Below, piece after piece: positions 32,842-40,918 of a stretch of DNA of 64,000 bases. Position 1 is the stretch's first letter. The number at the start of each line of letters is the position of its first letter. The stretch lies in IMG/VR virus record IMGVR_UViG_3300033004_000001, positions 28,613 through 92,612 of that record; one strand, written 5' to 3'. This DNA is from a virus. The position numbers and the translations under genes are program-made. The notes under the pieces are model-generated. The model was not told the origin of the DNA. It ran no database searches and was given only the letters and a program-made list of their open reading frames with translations.

Positions 32842-33338
32842 TATATCTTAGACTGTATTAATTCTATACATTGATCTATCTGTTTTTGGTTCTTTGGTAA
32901 ATATAGATCAAATTTGATATTATTATCAGTTAGATATTTTTTAAATAATTTCCATCTTAGTGGAAATTGATCATTAGGTCTACCTTTTGTTTCTATAATC
33001 CATTCATTACCTACAAAATCTGGAGTATAGGATATATATTTTATTTTATTTGTTCTTTTTGATAATAAATCTCCTCTTCTTTTATTAGGTTCATATGATA
33101 GATTATCAAAAGTAAATGGATTTACAATTATATATTTTCTTTTAGTATATTCAAATTGTAATCCTGATTCTACTAATTTCTTATAGCAGTATATTTCTAG
33201 TTTACTATCAAACAATATTCCATTATATTCTACTTTAGCAGAGTTAACCTTTTTAACTTTTTTCTTAGTTCTAGATTTAGAACTAACACCTTGTAATACT
33301 TTAACAACTTTTTGTAGGTGTTTCTCTTTCTTTGTCAT
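32841..33338 (-). CDS. PD-(D/E)xK endonuclease (T7 endonuclease I/DUF1064-like, possible resolvase)
   Basis: FDSKLE, YTPDF, IIETKG. Confidence 0.75.
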   Translation of the reverse strand: MTKKEKHLQKVVKVLQGVSSKSRTKKKVKKVNSAKVEYNGILFDSKLEIYCYKKLVESGLQFEYTKRKYIIVNPFTFDNLSYEPNKRRGDLLSKRTNKIKYISYTPDFVGNEWIIETKGRPNDQFPLRWKLFKKYLTDNNIKFDLYLPKNQKQIDQCIELIQSKI

Positions 33339-34302
33339 TTAACAACTCTTTCATTAACTTCTTTCCTTCATCTAATCCAAATTGTTTGACATAATCTGAT
33401 ATATCTTTATAATTAGTATAAGGAATAAAGATAGTAGGAATAGTATATTTATTACTTAATTTATTACTACCTATCTTACCACCTTCATCGTTGTCATAGA
33501 ATATAACTATTTTATTATATCTTTTCTTAATATTGTCTATAATACATTTAGGAATTAAATGATTTTCTCCATGTGGAGCAATTGCATTATATCCTATCTT
33601 ATGTAGAACCATTACATCTTTTAATGACTTAGTAATAATTAATAGTTCACCTTGATATTCTAATTGTTCATAACCTTGAATATCGTATGAACTACAATTA
33701 CTAATCCATTTATCTTTTTTAGCTGCTAATGGTTTATATATTTTATATTTGTTATATATCTGATAAGCATACCCTGGATTTACTCTATTATAGGCCCAAG
33801 GTTGAACGATCTCGTTAATCCAATACAATTCTATTGGAAACACATTAAAGTGTCTTAAATCGCTTCTTTCTAGACAATACTGATTCCAGTAGTTATCATC
33901 TATTTTACAGAAGTTTCTTCTACAAACTGATATAATAGTTGATATAGATTCATATTCTTCTTTAATAGATATTCCTTCTACGGAGTTAACTAGATTATTG
34001 TTTGTTAAATCATTAAGTATTTTTACTAATGATTCTCTGTATGATATATTAAATAATTCTTGTACAAACTGAACACAATTACCAGTTTTTCCAGTTGATA
34101 GATCTTTGTATAATAACGATCCGTATTTAGAACTTTTAAATATTCCAAATGATGGGTGATTATCTTCTCTAAATGGAGATTTCATTATTCGACCAATTCT
34201 GAAAGAATTGCTGATATAATATTTATATATATCATATTCTGTAATCTTTTCTAGTATACTATCTATAGATAGTTCTTCATCTGTTAATCTTGTATCATAC
34301 AT
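33301..34302 (-). CDS. DNA primase (Toprim)
   Basis: SPFREDNHPSF, IITKSLKDVM, FYDNDEGG, KDISDY: crAss-type primase motifs. Confidence 0.88.
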   Translation of the reverse strand: MYDTRLTDEELSIDSILEKITEYDIYKYYISNSFRIGRIMKSPFREDNHPSFGIFKSSKYGSLLYKDLSTGKTGNCVQFVQELFNISYRESLVKILNDLTNNNLVNSVEGISIKEEYESISTIISVCRRNFCKIDDNYWNQYCLERSDLRHFNVFPIELYWINEIVQPWAYNRVNPGYAYQIYNKYKIYKPLAAKKDKWISNCSSYDIQGYEQLEYQGELLIITKSLKDVMVLHKIGYNAIAPHGENHLIPKCIIDNIKKRYNKIVIFYDNDEGGKIGSNKLSNKYTIPTIFIPYTNYKDISDYVKQFGLDEGKKLMKELLNDKERETPTKSC

Positions 34303-34637
34303 TCTTCATTTGTTAATACAGATATTATTCTCTTGTTTTGTATATCTCTTTTCTTATATTCTTCTAACTCTTTAGTTAGTTTCTCTACCTTTTTCTTTAG
34401 ATTACGAGATTCCCCAGTTACAGTAGCTACTGTGCCTTGCATTTTTTTAAGTGTACTTTCATGTTCATTCTTTAGTTTCATTAATTCATTTTTACGTATT
34501 GATGAAACATGCCAAGTCAAACATTTTGTACATAAATATGCTTCTATTGGAATTACTCTCCTTTTAGATGTATTCTTAAGTTTTTCTATAAAATCTAAAG
34601 CGTATTGTTCGTTTATAAATGACGTCTTCTTGCACAT
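34284..34637 (-). CDS. small Zn-finger-like + coiled-coil protein
   Basis: C.K..F...AYLCTKCLTWH. Confidence 0.55.
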   Translation of the reverse strand: MCKKTSFINEQYALDFIEKLKNTSKRRVIPIEAYLCTKCLTWHVSSIRKNELMKLKNEHESTLKKMQGTVATVTGESRNLKKKVEKLTKELEEYKKRDIQNKRIISVLTNEECMIQD

Positions 34638-34643
34638 AATCTG

Positions 34644-34670
34644 AAAAATAAAGGGCTATATTTCAAGCCC
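34644..34670 (-). terminator. putative intrinsic terminator
   Basis: Minus GGGCT-tgaaatat-AGCCC-TTTATTTTT. Confidence 0.55.
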
Positions 34671-34682
34671 CGGAAGTATATG

Positions 34683-35177
34683 TTAATTAAATTTAGGATC
34701 TCTAATTAATAATTTATCTTCTATAACTTCATCAAATTTTATATTAGAAGATACATATTCTTGTTCTTTTTCATTTATATAATATTTAGATCCTTTAGGA
34801 ATATAGAATCTAACTAGTACTCTATTTTCAGAATCATTAATATCAATATAACAAATCATACTAAGTAATCCTCTTGAACTAGTAAGATTAGAATATGCTT
34901 TATTTATATTAGTATAAGAATGATATCCTTCTTCTATAGTTCCTGTTATAGTAGACTTTTTTTCGTTATTAATCCATGTACTACCAAGTTTTATTTCCAA
35001 ATTAATTTCTGGTTGAGTAGTGGTTGTGTTATATTCATAGTCTCTACTATTACTAATTATTTTACCTTTACTATTTTTTCTTACTATTTTATAACATACT
35101 ATATCTTCTTCTGCTATCAAGGGTTTAGGTAAATTAAATTTAACTTCTACTGGAATATCTGTAATATTAAAACACAT
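34683..35177 (-). CDS. conserved Bacteroidota-phage hypothetical protein
   Basis: AEEDIVCYK...IEEGYHSY...IPKGSKYY...YVS pattern. Confidence 0.6.
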   Translation of the reverse strand: MCFNITDIPVEVKFNLPKPLIAEEDIVCYKIVRKNSKGKIISNSRDYEYNTTTTQPEINLEIKLGSTWINNEKKSTITGTIEEGYHSYTNINKAYSNLTSSRGLLSMICYIDINDSENRVLVRFYIPKGSKYYINEKEQEYVSSNIKFDEVIEDKLLIRDPKFN

Positions 35178-35200
35178 AACTTAAATTTTTAAGATTATAA

Positions 35201-35229
35201 AGATTCCCCTCCTTTCAGAGGGGAAATCT
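35201..35229 (-). terminator. GC-rich hairpin after SSB-like gene
   Basis: AGATTCCCCTC-ctttca-GAGGGGAAATCT. Confidence 0.55.
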
Positions 35230-35251
35230 GAAGATATATATTGTTCTAATT

Positions 35252-35848
35252 TTAGAACGGACTTTCATTTGTTAATACTGGAGCTGTAAATCCTGCTTCA
35301 GCAAAAGGATTTGTTACAGATGGAATTGGATCTGAAACTGGTCTAGTCATCTTATCTATTGATAAGATCTTTATCTTAGATTTCTTAACTTCATCTCCAA
35401 GATAACCATTATTATCCATTCTTTCAACGAATCTAAATTTCCAATAATTTGGAAGACTTGTATAGTTACCAGAGTATACTACCTTAACTCTAAGATCTAC
35501 TCCTATGTAACTATCGCCTAATATACTTATAATTTTTCTAGCGAATTCTTCAAATGTATTAGATTGAAATACAAATTTCTCCTTTGGAACAAAACACATA
35601 CAAAGTTGTTTAATTCGAGACATTTGATTTAGTTCTTTTTCTGTAACCTTTTCAGGATCATTACCTCCTGGTTTCCATTGAGTCCAAACTAGTTTTTCAC
35701 CGTTGGATCCTTTGAAATTGAAAGCAATGAATTCATTTGTTGCTTTTCCATATTCAACACTGTCAAGTTTTACATTTTCATGAATTCCGGTATCTATGAA
35801 TTCGGCAGTTGTCGATTCGAATGGAAGATTGGCTGGTACATTATACAT
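35252..35848 (-). CDS. putative single-stranded DNA-binding protein
   Basis: GIHENV.L beta-rich body, C-terminal ..NESPF tail, adjacent to AAA_24 ATPase. Confidence 0.55.
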   Translation of the reverse strand: MYNVPANLPFESTTAEFIDTGIHENVKLDSVEYGKATNEFIAFNFKGSNGEKLVWTQWKPGGNDPEKVTEKELNQMSRIKQLCMCFVPKEKFVFQSNTFEEFARKIISILGDSYIGVDLRVKVVYSGNYTSLPNYWKFRFVERMDNNGYLGDEVKKSKIKILSIDKMTRPVSDPIPSVTNPFAEAGFTAPVLTNESPF

Positions 35849-35947
35849 ACTTATTTATTTTTAAGTATAGTATAATAACGCTTTTACAATATTTGGATAA
35901 TTTGAAAATTCTGATAAGGCATTATTTCTACTAACGTGATTAGACAT

Positions 35948-36595
35948 TTATTTATTATTTAATACAGTTCTTACATGTTCTAGGAACTTACTACAATCAT
36001 TAGGGATTATATCCTGCTCATTTTCCACAAAAATTGGTGGACATTTAGCAGAATCTTTACCGTCAGTATTTAACTTAAGGTTATAATATTTCTTTTCATC
36101 TTTGATCCGTACATCAGTATACATTACAATGGTGAATTCTTTTTCAATCATTCCCTCCCATTCTTTACCTTTTACTTTTATACGTTTCTCAATAGCTCCT
36201 TCTTCTGTTTGAATCCATTCATAATGAGCAGTCAAGAATATATCTTTTGGATATTTCTTTATGATAAACATTAATTTACCAATCTCTTCATTATACATGT
36301 TCCAGATATCAAATCCTTTCTTAGTTTCACGAGCTGTCTTTAAGACTGAGTCCATGTATGAACTAAAACTATCAAAGACCACTTCAGTTATTTTGTCGTT
36401 TTTGGCATATTCGATTAATTTGTTGTAAGCGTCTTGCCATGAGTTTGGACAATAATAATGTTCAAACTTATTTATGAATGGTAATGGTTTACCTTCCATA
36501 TTAATAAATCCACAAGTTTTAGGATTCATATTCACAAATGAATATGTCTTTCCTCTACCTGGAGATCCAACAATCATAAACTGATATGGTATCAT
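35948..36595 (-). CDS. AAA_24/Sak4-like recombination ATPase
   Basis: IVGSPGRGKT, INMEGKPLPF, VFDSFS, EKEFTIV, SAKCPP. Confidence 0.82.
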   Translation of the reverse strand: MIPYQFMIVGSPGRGKTYSFVNMNPKTCGFINMEGKPLPFINKFEHYYCPNSWQDAYNKLIEYAKNDKITEVVFDSFSSYMDSVLKTARETKKGFDIWNMYNEEIGKLMFIIKKYPKDIFLTAHYEWIQTEEGAIEKRIKVKGKEWEGMIEKEFTIVMYTDVRIKDEKKYYNLKLNTDGKDSAKCPPIFVENEQDIIPNDCSKFLEHVRTVLNNK

Positions 36596-36611
36596 TAGTC
36601 TTTATTTAAAA

Positions 36612-36687
36612 AGACTGTTAGTAGACCATGAACGAATCACCGTTTACTTCTACTGTATTTTGATGGGTTATAATTAACTAACAGTCT
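36612..36687 (-). promoter_or_regulatory. intergenic long-stem RNA element
   Basis: AGACTGTTAGT...ACTAACAGTCT 11-bp inverted repeat enclosing ~54 nt. Confidence 0.6.
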
Positions 36688-36701
36688 ATATTGTTAATTA
36701 A

Positions 36702-37331
36702 TTATCTGCATAACTTTAAACATTTCTTTACTTTCGAGCAGAATGATTCCTTCTTTGATGGTTTAATGAATATATCATTTACAATTACTTCATAAGTATC
36801 ATCATCTATATCCACAAGATTCTTTCCATGTTTATGGAAAATATCAAATGTATCGAATCCGATTTTCACAAAGTTATTAAATATAGATACTTTTTCATCA
36901 ATATCTATAAATTCACCATCAAAAAGAACTTCCTTCATATTTCTCCTAGCGGATTTATAATAAGGACAGTTTTTACATTCATCGCAAGGAAGATTATCAT
37001 CTTTCTTATAAAGTTTCTTAACTAAGTCTTTTATCTTGTAATAGTCATATATTAAACTGTATGACTTACCACAAAATGAACACCAGTTTTTTCTTATCTT
37101 AATATCATTTTTTGTAAATACTAAGAAGTCTCCACATCTAATCGTATTAGCTGCAAAGAAGTTTACTCCTTTATATTTATTGATAACATCTAGTAGAGCA
37201 CTGAGATAATCACCTTCACAATCATCCACTTCTACAACGAATTCTTTGGATGAATTTTTCTCTTGTTGTTCTTCCTTTTGTTGAGATTTCTGCTTGAAAT
37301 AAATACATCCTTTTATATTGTTTGATTTCAT
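36702..37331 (-). CDS. Cys-rich hypothetical protein
   Basis: CSFC and CDECKNC clusters. Confidence 0.55.
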   Translation of the reverse strand: MKSNNIKGCIYFKQKSQQKEEQQEKNSSKEFVVEVDDCEGDYLSALLDVINKYKGVNFFAANTIRCGDFLVFTKNDIKIRKNWCSFCGKSYSLIYDYYKIKDLVKKLYKKDDNLPCDECKNCPYYKSARRNMKEVLFDGEFIDIDEKVSIFNNFVKIGFDTFDIFHKHGKNLVDIDDDTYEVIVNDIFIKPSKKESFCSKVKKCLKLCR

Positions 37332-37341
37332 ATTTTTAGTT

Positions 37342-38286
37342 TTAACTTATTATTGGATTATATTCTTCAATTGAATTAAACTTTAAATTATTTATAAATG
37401 ATAGTATTTTAGGTTCTCCCTCTCGACATTTAAGCCAATGCATGTAGATCATGTTGTCAACGGGCCAGTTGTTGACACCATAGCTGCGTATACCAAGTTT
37501 TTCAGGAGCATGTAATACTATTATATAATCAGATGCAAAAAACATAGCATCTGATCCAGCTAAGTCTCTTCTTTGAGGAAAGTGTAAAGATGGATTAGTT
37601 ATTCTACCCATCTCTTCTATCTCTCTATTTAATTGACTTAATTGGATAATAGTAGTTTTGCCTATTTTCTTCTCTTCTATAAATAATCTCTGGAGGTTAA
37701 CTAAAGTGCTTCTTTCGGATTCTACTCCTTCACTTTTAGTTAATAATACATGGTCGAAGTCTATGATTAACCATTTGTCCTTACCATACATCTCTCTGAA
37801 CTTGTCAATTGTATTCTTAATTTCAGATACTGTACCTGGTGTATCTACATAATAGATAGGATAATTTCTGATTCTTTTACTTTCTTCTTCGACCTTTTTA
37901 AAATCTAAATCAGAGAGTGGCTCTGTTACAGTATATAGTTCCGATGTTGTTTTTTTAAGCTTATATGAAAGCTTACGTCCGATCTGTTTAAAACTTAACA
38001 TTTCTAGACTGAAACTTAGTATTATAAAATTTATATCTGGATTTAAATCAAACAAATCTGATTCTAATGAATTTATAAATGCCGATTTCCCTGCTCCGGA
38101 TATTCCAGCGATTGTATAAATTGTATTGACCTCTATACCACCCATTGCAGTATAGTTAAACTTTTTCCATTTTGTTTTTAATGATTTGATAGCTCCTTTA
38201 CGTCTGTTATCTATGTATTCAATGGCTTCAGTTGTAGCATAAGATATATGTTTAAATGTAAGACTATTATTCGAGACTATTGCCAT
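37342..38286 (-). CDS. DnaB-like (SF4) replicative helicase, motor domain only
   Basis: IAGISGAGKS, SLEM, DFDH, LSQLNRE, LKCREG. Confidence 0.85.
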   Translation of the reverse strand: MAIVSNNSLTFKHISYATTEAIEYIDNRRKGAIKSLKTKWKKFNYTAMGGIEVNTIYTIAGISGAGKSAFINSLESDLFDLNPDINFIILSFSLEMLSFKQIGRKLSYKLKKTTSELYTVTEPLSDLDFKKVEEESKRIRNYPIYYVDTPGTVSEIKNTIDKFREMYGKDKWLIIDFDHVLLTKSEGVESERSTLVNLQRLFIEEKKIGKTTIIQLSQLNREIEEMGRITNPSLHFPQRRDLAGSDAMFFASDYIIVLHAPEKLGIRSYGVNNWPVDNMIYMHWLKCREGEPKILSFINNLKFNSIEEYNPIIS

Positions 38287-38854
38287 ATCCTAAGTCCTCC
38301 GTATTTGATAGAGATTCTAGACCTTCATCCTTGATTCTCTGTTCGTAACACTTCCATTCTTCTGAGGATAGCCATTTTGGCAATCTTTTCATATAGCATA
38401 GTTTACCTTCTTTTCTTCGAATTGCTAGTTCAAATTGTAAACATTGTAATATGTTTAAATGTAAAGAATATTTACTACCTGTTATTTTGTTATAAATACG
38501 TCTACATCTATTTAAATCAGTTCTTAAATAATCTTTTGTCCCATCAGGTCTTATAACACTTGTCGGATATGTCTGTACAAATTCATCAAAGAAATCACCT
38601 TGTGCAAGTATTCTTACAAAAGATGGTTTAATTATGAATTTATTTAGATCATACTGATCCTCAAAATTATAATTGTCAATCAGTCCAGCTTTCACTAATC
38701 CAAGAATTAAACTTTTCAATTCTTCACTTGAATACAAATCAAGATAAGAACCTAATAATTCATAACTCTTTTCATAGATTAATTGAGCAATCAAAAATTG
38801 ATCTACAGTTATTCTATTTTTTAACAAATAATTTACATCTACTTGTAATAACAT
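38267..38854 (-). CDS. putative replication initiator/helicase loader
   Basis: wHTH-like N-terminus, FDEF..TYP, YMKRLPKWL..EEW; directly upstream of helicase. Confidence 0.55.
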   Translation of the reverse strand: MLLQVDVNYLLKNRITVDQFLIAQLIYEKSYELLGSYLDLYSSEELKSLILGLVKAGLIDNYNFEDQYDLNKFIIKPSFVRILAQGDFFDEFVQTYPTSVIRPDGTKDYLRTDLNRCRRIYNKITGSKYSLHLNILQCLQFELAIRRKEGKLCYMKRLPKWLSSEEWKCYEQRIKDEGLESLSNTEDLGYGNSLE

Positions 38855-38918
38855 GTTAGTTATGTATTAATGCTCAAATTGTAGATGTATTTGTAATATT
38901 TGGTTTTATGAGCGGTTA

Positions 38919-39545
38919 TTAAACTTCTAGTAATCTATCAATTCCAATAGCAAATCCTATTCCATTATCGTATTTTCCTCCTCCACAGATTTGTTTCTGA
39001 GCTCCAAGAGATTCTACTTCTATTTCAAATCCTTTTCCTTCTTCGTAGTAGTCTAATCCTCTTGTTACACCTGTATTAATTTTATAATTAGATGTATATA
39101 TTTTAACGGAATTCTCTGCTAATTGTTTGATAAAATTACTATAATTTTTACTAGGATTTAATATTTCTACACCTAGTTGAGTGAATTGTCTGTATCTACC
39201 TTTTTGAGGCTTTTCACCTCTAAAACACTCTCCAATATAAAATAACATTACATCTTTTTCATATTTGAATTGTGTAGTAGCTAACTTTTGACAGACAGCT
39301 GTGTATTCAGGAGCTAAACAGACATCTCTTTCTCCTCTGTCTTTAAAGTTAAACATTAGATTTTTATTATCTCCAATTTTATCTTTAAATGTCTCCTGAT
39401 ATTGGATTATTGGTATAAAAATTTCTTTAAAACCTTTCTTGATAAGGTACTTGGAAATTTTATTTAACAATTCTCTCTTTTTCATAGCTTTATTATTAAA
39501 TAATATTCTTGTTCCCTTATATACAAAATCTTGTTTTATTTCCAT
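38919..39545 (-). CDS. minimal histidyl-tRNA synthetase catalytic-core paralog (no insertion or anticodon-binding domain)
   Basis: KGT, GF.EI..P (motif 1), LAPEYT, FRGEKPQKGRYRQFTQLGVE (motif 2), RGLDYY (HisA), GGGKYD (HisB), GFAIGIDRL (motif 3); 208 aa. Confidence 0.85.
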   Translation of the reverse strand: MEIKQDFVYKGTRILFNNKAMKKRELLNKISKYLIKKGFKEIFIPIIQYQETFKDKIGDNKNLMFNFKDRGERDVCLAPEYTAVCQKLATTQFKYEKDVMLFYIGECFRGEKPQKGRYRQFTQLGVEILNPSKNYSNFIKQLAENSVKIYTSNYKINTGVTRGLDYYEEGKGFEIEVESLGAQKQICGGGKYDNGIGFAIGIDRLLEV

Positions 39546-39546
39546 T

Positions 39547-40776
39547 TTATATAAATTTGTATTTATTAATGTTTTTATATCCTATTAAAAACTTTTCTAT
39601 AGAAAGTTTCTTTCTTCCTTCCATTTGAATAGATTTAATATTTATATATCCATCTATACAAGCAACTTTTAGATAAGTTTTGTTATCTGATATAAACGTA
39701 CCAATAGTTTCATTAGTATTGGATTGTTGCATTTCTATATCATATAATTTAACTATTTTATTATTTAGTATAGTCCATGCTCCAGGATATGAGTTTAATC
39801 CTCTAATAAAATTATATATATTAGTTACTGTATTATTCCAATTAATTTTGGTGTTAGAGGAAGTTAATTTTGGTGCTAATTTATTAGATGAATTTTCATA
39901 TTTATGATTAGGAGGATTTTCTATATAATCTAATGATTTAATTAATAAACTACTTCCTAAATTTCCTAATGTTTTTAATAAATCATTATAAGTAGATGAA
40001 AAAGGTAGACAAGTTTTTTCTTGTAATATTATTTGTCCTTTATCAATTTCATTATTAATAAAGAAAGTTGTAACTCCAGTTATAGTTTCACCATTTATTA
40101 TACTCCAATTTATAGGAGCTGCTCCACGATAATCTGGAAGTAAAGAAGGATGTAAATTAATGGTTCCATATTTAGGAATACTCCATAATTTCTCTGGTAA
40201 TTTTTTAAAAGATACTACTATTTGTAAATCTGGATTAAATTCTTTAATATGATTTATAAAATCTATATCTTCTAAATTATTTGGTTGTAATATAGGAATA
40301 TTTAGATTTTTAGAATATTGTTTAATTTTAGATTTTCCAGGACTAGTAATAATACAAATAATATTATACTTTAAGTCTAACAATTTTTTTAATGATATTA
40401 TTGAGAAATCATCCGTTCCTATAAATATAATATTAAATTTATTAGCTTCCATTTTATTTTTCTTATTTAGTAATAATTTTGTTATTCTTTCTGGTTGAAT
40501 TTTTATTTTAGTACCTAATTGAAATTTACACATTAAATAGATTAAATACATTTCAAATTCTTTTGATCTCGCAATATTTACTCTTGCTGCTCCTATATAT
40601 CTACCTATTTCTAATGCATATTTTTCTTTAATTTGTTTTAAATTTATATCTCTAACTATATCTACTAATAGAGATAATTCTGAATCTGTAAGTTCATATT
40701 CTTTTGGTTCATCTGATAGTACCATTCCTATGTACTCCATTATGACGTCTATGTTAAGATGTTTTGATATGATCAT
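39547..40776 (-). CDS. fmt: methionyl-tRNA formyltransferase with ~110-aa unknown N-terminal extension
   Basis: IIFIGTDDFS, LQP..L, INLHPSLLPDYRGAAPINW, TGVTTF, IDKG.II, APKL, IRGL..YPGAW, C-terminal Q.EGRK; Fmt proper starts at MEANKF (~40452); start could be 40776 or 40812. Confidence 0.85.
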   Translation of the reverse strand: MIISKHLNIDVIMEYIGMVLSDEPKEYELTDSELSLLVDIVRDINLKQIKEKYALEIGRYIGAARVNIARSKEFEMYLIYLMCKFQLGTKIKIQPERITKLLLNKKNKMEANKFNIIFIGTDDFSIISLKKLLDLKYNIICIITSPGKSKIKQYSKNLNIPILQPNNLEDIDFINHIKEFNPDLQIVVSFKKLPEKLWSIPKYGTINLHPSLLPDYRGAAPINWSIINGETITGVTTFFINNEIDKGQIILQEKTCLPFSSTYNDLLKTLGNLGSSLLIKSLDYIENPPNHKYENSSNKLAPKLTSSNTKINWNNTVTNIYNFIRGLNSYPGAWTILNNKIVKLYDIEMQQSNTNETIGTFISDNKTYLKVACIDGYINIKSIQMEGRKKLSIEKFLIGYKNINKYKFI

Positions 40777-40918
40777 GTTTTGGAATATAATGTTCTTTTT
40801 TACATTTTTCACTACAATAATGTAATATTTTTTTCTTAGTTTTTACAAATATTGGAGTATTTAATATTACTTTACAGCATGTCGGATTATCACATACTAT
40901 ACAATTAAGTTTCTTCAT
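40754..40918 (-). CDS. 54-aa TRASH/MYM-like Zn-finger protein (not in ORF track)
   Basis: Manual translation MKKLNCIVCDNPTCCKVILNTPIFVKTKKKILHYCSEKCKKEHYIPKHDHIKTS*; ATG overlaps PolB stop (TAATG). Confidence 0.65.
   Translation of the reverse strand: MKKLNCIVCDNPTCCKVILNTPIFVKTKKKILHYCSEKCKKEHYIPKHDHIKTS

Noticed and set aside
38919-39545. Calling the mini-HisRS HisZ
   Set aside because: No hisG partner in the window; it retains the RGLDYY catalytic Arg and full motifs 2 and 3, and is shorter than typical HisZ
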